A stretch of DNA of 59,484 nucleotides, counting the filler, from Jimgerdemannia flammicorona (taxonomy: Eukaryota), in NCBI GenBank assembly GCA_003990765.1. It is 3 parts of 3 records of this genome, joined end to end, with 100 filler letters (N's around TTAATTAATTAA, not from the genome) between each part and the next. Parts side by side here need not be neighbours in the genome. Positions count along the whole stretch, not along the records: positions 19,868 to 39,628 come from RBNJ01001856.1; positions 39,729 to 59,484 come from RBNJ01001857.1; 1 more part is not named here. One strand, 5' to 3'. Numbering within the stretch: the stretch's first letter is position 1; the number at the start of each line of letters is the position of its first letter. The notes below the pieces were generated by a model. It was not told the DNA's origin. It ran no database searches and saw nothing but the letters and a program-made list of their open reading frames with translations. The translations under genes and the position numbers were made by a program. This document shows, one piece after another, positions 36,501 to 49,417 of the stretch.

Positions 36501-39500
36501 AAAGCTGTACCACCGTGCGACCTCTTCGGGGTTTTCTACGGCCAGCGGAGATCCTGTGGACCGGACAATGGCCTCTGAGCACGCAATCTCAATTAGATTC
36601 TGCTTGCACTTCTCAAGCATTTCTGCCTTGTCCGAGACTTTCCCCCAGTTCGAATGTCGCATGACAAGACAGCGGAGGGTGTTATCACCGCAGTATCCGA
36701 CGAACATGTCATACACGCCAAACATTTTGCCATGTGCTGAGATTTTGATGGCCCATGTAGCTAGCTCCTTGACCACAGCGGAGTTTTCTTCATTCAGCAG
36801 CGAATCCCATCCGATCCTCTGCTTTTCGAAACGATTTAGGAGGGGAGGGTCGGCATGTTCCACTGCGCTTTGATCCATTATAACGATGCATCTGAAATCT
36901 TCATGTACGGGACACATAGGGTTCGCGAACTCGCCTGGATTTTGTTGATGAAAATTATTATTTTGAGTCCTCTTCAACTTTTAGTGATATAAAGAAAAAT
37001 AGTCATAGAAATTTACGAACCTAATGCAACGCGACAAAAGTTCTTTTGATCCTTCCCACTGCCGACGCTCGTGTAGTTTTTGTTCCAGAGATCATAAAGA
37101 GATCCTAAATTGAGCGGGATAAAGTACGTAGTGATGATTAAATACTCCACATTTTAGATTTCTCATTCGCAAAGGCGAAGCATTACAATCGTTACCGTAG
37201 ATGATATCCAAGTCTTTCAAAATGACAGGCCTCCCTTCTTCAACACATAGCAGGATTTTGTTGAGGACGCCGTATGCATAATTGCTGCTATCTTTATCGG
37301 CCGGGAATTGTGACCCATACATGACTTGAGGGGTTTTTCGCGTCCAGGATTCATGGGTGAAGGCGTTCGCCAAGGTGTCTATGGTTAAGTCACTGTCCCC
37401 AATGGCCATGAGGTGGCGCGCATCGGGGTCTCCAAGACTGGCACGAATGCACTCGAGAGCTTGAGGAAATCTTGGGACCTCATTCTCACCATTCAGATGT
37501 TTCCCTTTAAAAATGGCCCGTGGGAAAAACATATTGCACAACATCTCAGGACTCTCATCCCCGCCAGAAAAATTGCGCGCGACAGCCTCTTGTACCGCTG
37601 CTGGTGTCAACTCCGCGTCACCTCGACCAAGACTTTTGACCAGCGCATAATAGTCCCGCAGTCCGTGAAAATTCTGAATCCGCTGATGCTGTTGATATTT
37701 GTCGTATCCTCTGGCCAGGGAGTCGAGAGCATTCTCTGGGAGCCTCACCGTCATCAGTCCTTTTGTAGTCTCCTTGACGTCGTTAATGTCCTGTCTTGGC
37801 CTTTGAATGCGAATTGCGCGCGACATTTTGGAAGCTGGTTTTCATTAGATTAGTAAGTATATTTTAGAGGGAGTATAATTTAAAGAAGGTACATTACACC
37901 CTGACGTGCGCATCTAGCCCCTTCTGCAGAAAAGGAGAGGATATGGTGGACAAAATCTTTGAAACTTACCGTCAAGTCGCCAGTTACTTATTCCAATCAC
38001 AGCGACTTCAGGACAGGCGTCGGGACCTTGCGGCTCCAGAAGGGCATGCAGAACCTTGAGGGGGTTGAATGGGCTCGTCTCGGCGAGGCCGACTAATAGT
38101 TTTGGGGTATTCTTTATTGTATCTGATCTGGATAAAGAAAAGATAATTGTAATTATATTAACAAGAAACTTTACCTTCATCCAATAAGACCACTGCTCTT
38201 GAAGGAAACCGATCAGTATTGCTCTTCTCCTGATAACGCTCAGCTTTTTTGAAAACTTTGATAATGCCTTCAGAAGTCGATGATGTTGATCCTTGATGCG
38301 GAATGACATAAACCTGGAAAAAGCCAAAGTTCTGTCAAGGCTCCGGAAGAAAATCAATTTTTATTGACGTGCGAAACCAGTGAAAGTGCAAACCTGAGGG
38401 TGAGTTTGAAAATACTGGTCGGATGAATCAAGACCGCGTAGATTTTCCTTCACAATTTTTATCGCCAGGCTCTTTGACGCGCCAGGCGAACCGATGAGGA
38501 AAAGCGGGGTACGGGTCAGAATGCAAGCGATCATAGAGTGTACATTCTCAAGGAGGGCCTCGTTGAGCGCCGTGAATGCCGGTAGTCGCATGCGGTGCAG
38601 GTAGTCCAATTGATCCTGGCGCACAATCTGAAGAAAATCGTCAGGACTGAGTACCATACGATGTTTACTGAGGAACACGCCACTGATAACGGAGCGATAT
38701 TTAGCGCGGTCTTTTTGTTCACAAAGTCTACCCTGGTACGCAATTGAAAGAGCGAGGACGATGGCGCGGACGTCGCTGAACTTGTCTTTTTTTGGTGGAT
38801 ATTCGGAGCATTTTGCAGCGGTACAAGTTTCTCGGTGAAGTTGAGACTTTTCTTTTCGTGCAGCCGACTTGAGTTCCTTATCAAAGAAATTTGCAAACCG
38901 GATAGCCCGCTTGACGTCACGAAGGCTGACGCTATACATATCCTCAACCGAACGGATGAATCTTTGCGACTCGAACAGCAGCTCAGCAAATAGAAGGACA
39001 ATGGCAGATGGTGCCGGCGTCGCTGTTCCCGAAACATGTCGTCCCATAGTGAGGCTATTCGCCATGATATTGATGTATGCCTTCTCATCCCTTTCCTCAA
39101 GTGTGCCGTAGTCCCAAATGAGATCAACCATTGCCTCGGGAAGCGGATGGACCTGATAGACGAGCTGACTTTGTTCCTGATATCGAGTTTTCAAACCGGC
39201 GTCGTTCGTAATGGTTTTTCGCAAACGATAAGGATTGCATGCAGCCATCAGTCGAATATTTGTATGGATCTTGTGGCCCAATAACACACGATCGCATATC
39301 AGCGATGATAGCATCCGGATGTAGTTGCAAGTGTTCACTTCGTCCAAAAAACTGCCGATCATCAATGAGTATGATTAGAAAACAAACCGTGAACATGTTT
39401 TTCAACGAAAAGATGTTTTAATTTCCTTGGAGGATAGCATATACTTACACCCAAACTTCGCCACGCGTTGCACGTTCCTCTGCGTCTTCCATGAACTTGA

Positions 39501-39588
39501 TTATCCTTTCCTTTGTTATACCTGCGTGCAGGTCAAGCACAGCGAAGTCAACTTCTACCATATTAGCAAGGAATCCAATGAGGGATGT
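30573..39588 (-). CDS. RNF213: RNF213/mysterin-like giant AAA+ ATPase / RZ-finger E3 ubiquitin ligase (5' part missing at contig end)
   Basis: Ten exons join in frame via GT-AG introns (~39588-39449, 39351-38394, 38313-38175, 38092-37970, 37835-37196, 37104-37021, 36934-35800, 35709-33373, 33286-33223, 33119-30573; ~2700 aa). RNF213-type motifs in order: VFLDEVNT, AACNPYR, LVYQVHPLP..IWDYG.L, VSLRDV.R, ALLENV..PLFLIGSPGASKSLA, VVLLDEVGLAE.SP.NPLKVLH.LLE, IGISNW.LDASKMSRA, FHGLRDYY.LVK, GSQFP.D, SLYDLWN.NY, VHEDFRCIVI, PLLNRFEK, then the RZ finger. The symbol denotes homology, not proven orthology. Confidence 0.93.
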
Positions 39589-39628
39589 CTGTTCGATTAA
39601 CAAAATGCGGAAAGGGATCAAGTAAAAA

Positions 39629-39728
39629 NNNNNNNNNNNNNNNNNNNNNNNNNNNNNNNNNNNNNNNNNNNNTTAATTAATTAANNNNNNNNNNNNNNNN
39701 NNNNNNNNNNNNNNNNNNNNNNNNNNNN
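39629..39728. other. Artificial contig-joining linker (N44-TTAATTAATTAA-N44)
   Basis: Identical to 19768-19867. Confidence 0.97.
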
Positions 39729-39883
39729 TAAAACAAAATGGCATTTCATTGAGTAGGGGTGGGGGGGAGAGGGGGGTCCTCCTAGGGGAATTGGATGAGG
39801 GGTGGGCTTAATGTATTTATATGGGATAGATGGATATTAATAAAGGAAGGAGTCCAAGAGACAATAAAAAAAAAAAAAAAAAA
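39729..39883 (+). mobile_element. 3' end and poly(A) of an L1/Tx1-type LINE inserted in the Gypsy 5' LTR
   Basis: ...GPPRGIG* followed by taataaaggaaggagtccaagagacaat(A)n matches the 3' end of the LINE at ~47670-47794. Confidence 0.85.
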
Positions 39884-41320
39884 CTGTGAGTCATTATGAC
39901 CACAGTTCAGGTATCTTGAAGAATATAAAAGAAGGATCAAGGAACTGCAGTAGCAGCAACTCAACAAAACTCACTAATCTCAAAATAGCTCAAAGACTTA
40001 CTATAAATAAAATGCCTGCTACTCACCAAATCTCAAGGTCAAGAAATCACCAAGGCACCTCAGTTGAAGAAAGGATGTTCCAAGACATCAGAAGAGCTAT
40101 GAGGACCTATACAAGAAGGACTCCTAGCCTCAACCTGGGTACTGCAGATCCTTATCACTTTATTCTCTACTGCTGTGAAATGGAAATAAGGATCACTATT
40201 GCTACCAAATGCCTCTAAATGTAGCAGGAGTATAAAATAGGAAACTTTCTCTGCTGGAAGTTCCCACAGGCCAGCCTCCAAGAATTACAAGATACCACTC
40301 CCATAGATATATGACAGCTAAGAAGATTCATCAGATCTTCAGGCATGTACCATAGTCAATCCCCAACTTAGAGTATATTAAAGTCTCAGATTTCAGAGAT
40401 CTGTCAGCCTACCATATCAATGCACTAGAAGTCAGAGTGACTACAGAAGCCCAGTCTACCATCATCCTCAACAGTGATAAAGTAGAAGACTTCTGGTATC
40501 CCATCTTCCAGGACAATTCAGATCAATTCCTGCAAAGATTGATCTCAGTATTCCAAGGCCCAAGCATTCAGGTTTGACCTCTCCAAGACCCCACATTTAT
40601 TCCCTATTTTATGGAAGAGAACCTCATAGACTAGAGAGCCCCAGACCTTCTTGTTCCCACTGCTGCCAAATGTGATGATGTCATCAGTGATAATGTCACC
40701 CTGCATGATATACATATATGAAGTATATAAAATATATGATCTATATGATGAGACTGAAACATTTGCAGACCTCATCTCCTTTGAGGATAGTGATAACAAG
40801 GATGAAGTCTCTATAGTTCTGAACATTCTGCTCTAAGTTCTTTAGTTATACTGAATTATGCCAGCATCCTTTTTCTATATAACAGCTGTTCCTCTACTGG
40901 TATTCTGACCTTGTGACTCAGAATTATTCCAGCATCTTAAACCTATGCAACCATCTATACTGACCCTGGAACTTGGCAGTTTTCTATACTCCAGCATTTT
41001 TATTGGTTATTGGAATTTATATTTAGCTTTATATCTTAGCAATCATTGAATTATATTTTATATAAATACCCTTCTTATTTTCTCTGAAATAAAGTCAGTC
41101 AAGTTCACTTATATACACTTCCTTGTAAGCAATCTAAGAAATAATAAGACAGTTTAAAGATAAGAAGTTTGAGGACTATAAGACCTTAGGAAGGTACTCA
41201 AATAAGAACTTGCTTATAACAAACTTGAGTTAGTCTAAGAGATACACCTTGAAGAGAATCTGATATATTTGAAGGACTCTGTGACCACTATATGACAACT
41301 TGGTGCCCATTGGCTGGTGA
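39884..41320 (+). repeat. 5' LTR (5'-truncated, ends ...TGACA at 41297) and primer-binding site (TGGTGCCC..., ~41301-41320)
   Basis: TATATAAA at ~41059, AATAAA at ~41088, and a terminal CA followed by actTGG. Homologous to 53015-53955. Confidence 0.7.
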
Positions 41321-41893
41321 TTCAAAACAAATCCCTCACTTTCAAGCTGAAAAATGAACAACCACCACAACAACTACCCTGACTACAAGAGTCACCTCTG
41401 TAAGAATTCAAGATAAAATAGAAATGTACCCCCCCACATTCTATGGATATACTACTAAAGAGTCAATCCTGACCTTTATTGAAGACTTTGAACAATTTGC
41501 TACTGTATGAGTCTTTAGTGTGGATACACAATTGGCCCTTCTACCAGTCAGTCTCAGAGGACCTGCCAGAGATAGGTTCAATGCAGTCACTATTACTGAT
41601 GCTGATATAGCCAAACTTACCAACATGAAGGCCTTTCTCAGAATAACATACTATACTAAAGAGATCAAGTAAGCTCTCAAGGATCAACTCAATATTATTT
41701 GCCAGAGACTCAATGAAGATCCCAACTCATTCTATACCCAAATCTGCTATCAGATTGTCTTAGCTGACTATGATAACTGCCTCAAGGAACAAATAGCAGA
41801 TTCAACCTTCCTCAAAAAAGTTCACCCTGAAATTGCCCTAACAATCCAGTCTACCTCAGCTATACTGACCCTTGATCAGAAAGTGATCTTTGT

Positions 41894-44800
41894 TACCATT
41901 CAGATTACACAACCTTTAGAGGGCACTCACAACATCATTTTTGGAGAAAAGAGACTAACAATATGGCAACTGACAGGCAACCTGAGGTGTGTACTGGGCA
42001 GGGTGGCCCAAGTACTTTCGACTGGTAGCAGGTGGAGAGAGGCCCAGGCCTGGGGGGGGGTATGAGGGGGCTGCTGGTGGGTGGATGTAGAAGGGGTAGA
42101 GGTGGTGGCAGAGGCTCCAGATCTGGGAGAGTAAGCTTCATAGAGATGGTGAAGGGGAGACAGCAGGTATCAGGGCTGGAGGGCTGGCTGAGGAAGGGTA
42201 AGGAGACCAGGAAGGTGACAGTGTAGGCAGGAGCAGCCCTTGGAAGGGGGGGCAGTGGAGCTGGGGGAGTAGTGGCTGGGGAGAGTGTGACTGCTGATAG
42301 TGATAGGACTGTCAATCTGGAAAAAAATCCAGATGTGATAGCTGATGGTGAGGCTGAGCAGCTGAGGCTTAGAAGACAAGGGGACTTGGTGGATGGTGTA
42401 ACAGGTCTGGCAGTGGCCCCATTGCTCAAAAAATCAATTTCGGTATTCGCAGTTACACTGTGCTTCTGGGCCTAGTGGTGACAGTGAAAATGATGCTGGA
42501 GCTCATTGCTAAGTAGGTGGCAGGAGCTATGTCTATGAAGTTTTTGAAGGGACTGGAGGGAGTAGAGGTGGGTTTTGAGGAGGCGGCACTGCTGGAGGAG
42601 GTGGTGCTGCTGGAGGAGGCACTGAAGGTTGGATTGGTGGTTGGGGAAGTATGTGTTCTGATGGCACATTACCTGAAGTGGGATCCCAGGGTGGTCCAAC
42701 TGCTGGTGAAAGGAGTACTGATAGTGATAGTGATGGAGATGAGAAAGAGAGTTGAGGATTTCATGGCAGAATATGGAGAGGTGGTAGATATCAGATTCAG
42801 GGTCTGGGAAGGGACCTTGCTCAGAACTGGTGATGTGGATGTGAGAATTCGGCTAGCTGAGAAGGAAGCTACTGGGAAGGCAAGGGACTGGCCTTTGGTA
42901 ATAGTCTGGGGAGCAATCTTATATAAGGTGATGAGGGTGAAGGGAAGTGAGGAGGAGGAGGAGGATTTATTGGAAGCACTAGAAGAGTTGGGTAGTGCTG
43001 TAGAGAGGCAAGCAAAGGCTTGGGAGACTTTTGTGGAGTCGATGCACTTAGAGGTGGTGGATGGAAAGTGGATTCAAGTGACCAAGGAGTAGTGAGAAAG
43101 GGCTCAGAGGCATAAGAGATAGAAAGAGCTGCTGGCCAAGCTGGACAACAGACCACTGGGGGATATAAGCAAGGTGAAGGGCACAGGGGGAGCTGAAGCA
43201 AGTGTCTGGGCCAGTGAGGGGGAGGGGAAGGACAAGAAGGAGGCAGGGGAGAATAAGGAGAAGCCTAGTAATGACCCATATGCTGATGGTATGCTGGAGG
43301 TTTGGGAGGAGGACTGGGAGGGCTTCCCTACTCCTACCTCTCTTATCAGGCATGACCCGGCTTCCCAAAACAGAGTGGTCAAAGATGTGTCAATGCAAGG
43401 AGCCCAGAGGGTGCAATTTGGAGTTCTGGAGGCAGCATATGGGGGACAGGTAGTGGTGGCTGGAGAGGAGGAACTGGTGGATGTCCCAGAGGTTTGAGAT
43501 GAGTCTGCAAGCACTGGAGCTGACACCATAATGTTGGATGGAGGGAGGTTGGTGACTCTGGGGGGGAAGGAGGTGGGGAACTTACTTTGGATATGCTGGA
43601 TGATAAATAACCTGGCAGCAGAAGAGTTAGGGGAGGTAGACTTATGAGTGATGAGTGATGAGCATTGGGCAAGGATACTGCAGGGGGATGGAGTAATGAA
43701 GGCATTGAAGGTGGAAATTCTTGTGGTGTACCTGGAGGAGGAAGAGTATAAGGTAGATAAGGAGAGAGAGGCAGAGATGGCAGTCGTTGCTAGAGAGAGG
43801 GCTGAATACTGCTGGAACAAGTGTCATGGACTGCAGCTCTAGCAGGAGACATGTCTAGAATACCAAGAGGAGTTCGAGGAGAAGGCAGATGGAGAGATGA
43901 ATGAACTGCTGGCTGGATTGGAGGCTCAGAGGGCAGAAGAGAAAGAGGTGGCTGTGGAACATAATCTGGACATGGCACAGGAGGAGATGAGCATAGAGCA
44001 GTAGAGATCAATTGACAGTATAACATATTTCATTATGAACAGTATAACCAACATTTTTTCTTTAAATGTGAATGGGTTACAGGGTGCTGCTTGATGTAGG
44101 AACATTTTTACTTAGATGAAGAGATTGGAGGCCAATCTCTTCCTCTTGCAGGATGTCAGGTATAAGGATGATTCTGATAAGATAGAATGGATGAAGGAAT
44201 GGAGAGGTGTGGCGATTTAGAAGGGCAAGGTTGGAATTTTGATTTGAAAAGGCAGAGGGGAGATACAGGATGTGAGGAGCTAGGGAGAGAGACTGGTCTG
44301 GGGTGAGTGGATTCATGCAGACTGGGAGCTAGTTACCATTGGCTCCTGTTACTGCCCTGCAGTATGGGGTGAGTGGGTAGATTGGGTGAAGAGTTTACAG
44401 GAGAGTGGGATCCTTGCAGAGGCTGGGGTGGATATGCTTGGGGGAGATTTCAATATGGTTCAGGACATACTATTGAATAGAACAGATGGAGGATGAGGTG
44501 CTGAGAGCAGGAGTAGAGGACTGGTGGTATGGGAGAAAGTAGAAAGACTTAGTATGCTGGTAGATGCTAGTAGAGAGTGCTGGGGGAATAGGAGGGTTTA
44601 TACACATTGGGCAGGAGGTCTGGGAACAAGAATCGACTGGATTTTAATGGCCAGCTGCTAGGGCCTAGATGTTTGGAAGTCACTGGAGGTGGAATGGTGT
44701 CCATGGTCGGATCACTGGGGGCTTTTGGGACAGGAGTGCTTTGGGGGAAGTGGGGATGGACCTGGACATTGGTACCTCAATTTCTCTTTGTTAGATGACA

Positions 44801-47754
44801 AGACCCGGTGGGATGAGTGGGCTAAAGACATTTAGCTGAGGATGGAGAACTGGTGGTGGGAAGGTGCCTCAGTTGGGGTTCAGTAGATGAGGATGAAGGA
44901 GATGGTCAAGATTTACTGGAGTGAGGCTGGTAAGGAGGCAGGGAAGCAGAGAAGGTGAAGAGTGCATTGGGCTTCTACTAGATTAACTAGACTCCTGGAG
45001 GAGTGGGCAAGGCTGACAATATTGGAGAGAGAGGAAGATTGGAGATTAATGAGGGCAAAAATGGAGGTTGGGAAATTACAACAGGTGCTGCAAGAAGAGA
45101 AAGAGGCAAGGGTACAGAGCTTGGCAGCATAACTTCGCTGACAGGATCTGGAGGAAGGGGAGAGGCCTTCCAAGTTTCTTACAAGGACCCTTAGGGCAAG
45201 ACAAGTACAGCAACAGTGGGAAGGGGTGTTGGACTCAGATAGTATATGTACTGGTACATAGTGTATAGGACATTCTTGGATCGCTGAAGGAGAGATGGAG
45301 TGGATTGTGGAGTGAGGAGGAGGGTGGGGCAGATGCTGCTACCATTGACTGAATATTGGAGGATTGGCACCCACCACAAGTTGAGGGGCTAGGTGACCTG
45401 ATGATGCCTGTACAGGAGGATGAGATCCACCAGGTTCTTGCTGTGACAATGCCAGGTACAGCGCCTGGGGAGGATGGTCTGCCCTGGGACTTTTGGAAGT
45501 GAATGGTTGGAGTCCCAGAGGTGATGGGGGAGATGGCAGTATTGTGCAACTTTATTCTATAGATAGGGAGGTGGGTGGGGGAGCAGGACCTTGGACTGGT
45601 GATACTGCTTTATAAAAACAAAGGAAGGCAGGAGGATTGGAAGAACTGGCAGCCGATGATGTTGCTAGATATGGACAGAAAGTTGGTAACTAAGGTGGTG
45701 GTGGCAAGACTACAGAAGGTGGTCCAGCAAGTCGTGGGTGTTGAGCAGAGGGGATTTGTGGGTGATCAGCTCATTAGGGATGGCACTGCCTGGGTAAATA
45801 GAGTTATTGAAGGGGCAAGGGCCTATGGACTGGATGGGCATCTAGTCTTCTTGGACCAGGAGAAGGCTTATGACCGGGTATGAAGAGTCTGGCTGGTGAA
45901 AGTTTTGGATAGAATGGGGGTTCCATACTAATTCCGGTCAGCAATGGTCAGCCTACTGGAAGGGAGTAGGGCTGTATTCATGTGTAATAGACATAGAGGG
46001 GTAGCATTCCCCTTGGGTAGGGGGGTGCCCCAGGGGGACCCACTGTCCCCCATTTTGTATGCTCTTTCCCTAGAACCTCTTATGGACAGAATTAGGCAGA
46101 GAATAGCAGGGCTCTCTGTCTTTGGCATTGGATAGAAAGTTGGGGCCTTTGCAGATGACATGATGGTTGGTTTGGGTTTGATTGCTGATGTTGAAGAGCT
46201 CAAGAAGACTGTGGAGTGGTATGAGGAGAACTCTGAAGCTAAGCTGAATTGGCATAAGTGTGAAACAATGGTGCTAGGCAATGGCCTGGAAGGAGGAGAG
46301 GTTATAGGAACAATCATCCCCACTGGTGAAGCAGTATAGTACTTGGGTATCTATTTGTTAGTCTATGGGTCAGTTCTGCCCAGGCTTTGGTGGAAGCAGA
46401 TGATTGAAATCTGGGAGGAGGCCCTGCAGAGTTGGGGGGGAAGACAATTTTCTCTGGTAGGGCAGGTCTCGATTTTGAATGTCTACTGGCTGCCGAAGTT
46501 GTGGTATCTGGCATATCATCTGGACTTCCCTGCCTGGGTGGTGAAGAGATTGATGAAGTCAGCAAAGGGATGGATTTGGGCTGGCAGGCAGAGTCAGATT
46601 AATTGGGAGACCTTGTCCCTATCAGTGGTGAGAGGTGGTCTTGGGCTGGTTGACTTTCCAAAATAGTTACACTGCTTGAGAGCATGGTGGCTAAAGAGGG
46701 CAGTGGAATTGTGAGAAGGTGGTTAGATTCCTCTGCTGCAGAAGATCTGGGAGAGGTAGTCATTGCTAAGAGGCTCAACTGGCGATCTCCTCTTATTGGT
46801 TGGACTTCAGAATACTGAACAACTGCAATATAAGGGATTTTGGTGGGGGATAGTAGAAGGGGTGCACTGCATTGGAATTTGTTAGCAGGGAAATGAAGGA
46901 GAGGTGGCTTGGGACCTGGTGATGTGGAGATGGGATCATATACTGCTGGGTGGCACTCCTTTAATTGAGTTTGACATTGGTGATGGAATGAAATGCCAAA
47001 GGGGACCAGGCCAGGATCTGTGGCCTAGCGGTTGGCAAGGAGTTGGAATTGGCAAAGAGTGGAACTGACATGGTGTTTGGACCTGGAGTGCCGCAGTGAA
47101 GAAGTGGATGCTGCTAAAGTACTGGGTGGTCTGGTGGCACATGCTGTGGAGGAATATAATGCTCAACTTTCGCTCAGGGCACCTTATCATAGGGGGTTGC
47201 TTCGACTGTGAGGAGTGCCATAATGTAGGGCAGGAGGGGGATTATGTACAGACACCTGAACATTGGCTAGGAGAGTGTAAGGTGTTGGGGGATTTTTGGC
47301 AGACAATTGGGGAATGCTTGGGGGTATGGCATAGGGGAGATGAAGTATGGGGGAGGTGGGAGGACTTGAGGGATAGATTGGTAGGGGGGATAGAGATGGA
47401 GTGGCTTACTTTGGGCTGGGCTTTGACTATTTGAGTGGGGCTGGCCAGTTACTGGCTATTTGTTTTTGAGGATAGGAGGAGATAGGACTTGGGGGATCAG
47501 TTGTTGTGGTGGCATAGGCTTATGGAAGACACCTTAACAGGCTGGTGGCTTGGTTGGGGGCTGTAGAGTGGTCAGAGGTACTGCTTAGTAGAGAAAATTT
47601 GTGGACAGAGTAGGGGGAGAGTTAGAGTAGTTGATGGAAGGGTGATCTTTGTTCATAAAGAGGTGGGGAGGGGCCCCCCTATGGGGATTGGATAGTGGGT
47701 GGTGGTGATGTATACTTATTCATAGACTGGTAATAAAGGTAGAGTCCAAGTGAC

Positions 47755-47796
<42 letters not shown>

Positions 47797-47805
47797 GATC
47801 TTTGT
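41894..47805 (+). mobile_element. Apparently full-length L1/Tx1-clade LINE (~5.9 kb) with poly(A) and a 14-bp TSD
   Basis: TSD aaagtgatctttgt at 41880-41893 and 47792-47805. Removing the insert restores the gag frame (QKVIFV/QRYWTAR). ORF1 relic at ~42030-44020, ORF2 from 44035. Confidence 0.93.
44035..47695 (+). pseudogene. LINE ORF2 (APE endonuclease, RT, C-terminal Cys/His knuckle), stop-interrupted
   Basis: SLNVNGL, LLQDV, GGDFN, RIDWIL, SDH; APGEDGL, WQPMMLLDMD.K, QRGFV, LDQEKAYDRV, GVPQGDPLSP, FADD, YLG; C..C...EHWLGEC. Confidence 0.92.
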
Positions 47806-49417
47806 ACAGAGATATTGGACTGCTAGATACTCTGCTGAACACTCAATAGAGAAAATAACTGGCATCAAGATAGAGCCATCAAAGCCAACTAGTATCATAT
47901 CTACTACAGTTATAAACAGACAACCATCCCTACCTACCCCCAAGGCAGCCAAAGCTGACCCAGTGGAGGAACTCACCAAGCAGTTTGCTGAGATAACTGT
48001 ATATCTTGGTGATATTGTTAGAGAAGTCTGAAGTACCAACAGGAGACCAGTACAGAGATTTGCAGCTGCTACAGAAGAATATAATATCACATACTTCAGA
48101 TGTAAAGAAGAAGGCCACTATATAAAGAGTTGCATGACTGAAATAAGATGCAAAGCCCAACCAAGCAATGCTAGCAGAATCAGAGAACAAATCAATGCAG
48201 TAGTCATCAAGGAGATTGGTAACACTGATAATAAAGAATACTATAAGAAACTTGAATTCTACCCTGCTACTAAAGATACCAGAACTCAGTCCAAGTCCTA
48301 TGACAAGAAGAGCAACAGCAAGTCAGTTAGAAGACCAAAGAAGACCCCAGCTATCACTATTCAAAGCAAGACCCAATCTGAGAAGATTGATCAAGATATG
48401 GAGTTAAATAAAGCTGCCTACCAAATCATTGAAGGCACTACTCCAGTCTTAGTAGAAAGTGAAAGCAAGAAGGAATAGAAGCTGCATAAGACTAAGATCC
48501 ACTAGTATGATATCTACAAGGACCTCAAGAAACAGAAGATCAATGCTACTTTTGGACAGCTAGCTGAAGTTCCTGCCTTTAGACAGCAGTTAAGAGTAAG
48601 ACTTACAACTACCACCAAGAATCAAGAGTACAAGATTATAGAAGCTCACAATGTATAAGAAGATGATCAAGAAGACTCAAGTGAAGAATCTGAAGACCAG
48701 TACAAGACATCAGCCTATACTCCATATCAGATTGAAGATTATATCTTTGATATTATCATTGATACTAGTGCTAGAGGATGCCTCATGAGTAAGAAGACAA
48801 TTGACTGCCTAGGCTGAGATATTGAAGAGTCCACCAAGATAGTCTATATCATAGCAGATGGTATACAAGCTACCCCTCTTGGCAAAATCTGAGAAGTCCC
48901 TATCAAGATAAGAGGAGCTACCATCCTAGTAGATGTGATTATTATAAGTATCACCAACTATGACATCCTTATTAGCAACCAAAGGTCAAGGCCATCATTG
49001 ACCTCAATGCCCAGAAGATGCAGATCAACTATAGAGAAAGAAAGGTATGAGTCTTTATCAATGTCTATAAAGGAGTTCTACTAGACATAGAGGAAGGAGA
49101 TGAAGAGGACACAGAAGTCTTCATGTACTCGATGAACAAGAATAAGAACAAGACACTCAAGCTCACAGATGAGCAGTAGTACAATAAGATTATTGATGGC
49201 TATGCCTCTCAAGGAAGATGCCCCCATGGTACTAGAATATACTACTCTGAACACCTGAATGACTGCTGGTCCTATATTAGTGAAGTCAGGAAAATCTGCC
49301 AACAGAAGCATAAATAAAAAGCTGCTGAAGCAAAAAGGAAAGCCAAAGAAGATGACCAGCCTCCAGAGCTTCAAGCTGATAGTGATGATGAGGAGGAACA
49401 AAAACCAGATATTACCC

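Noticed and set aside
30516..36873. Many + strand ORFs antisense to the RNF213-like gene (likewise those antisense to RTT109 and the LINEs)
   Set aside because: Shadow ORFs produced by codon bias on the coding strand.
25112..39588. KPTN-RTT109-RNF213-like as a functional gene cluster
   Set aside because: They are real neighbours on one contig, but they act in unrelated pathways and show no visible shared regulation.
39589..39883. LINE or Gypsy insertion disrupting the RNF213-like gene
   Set aside because: An artificial contig linker lies between them, so the adjacency is not biological.
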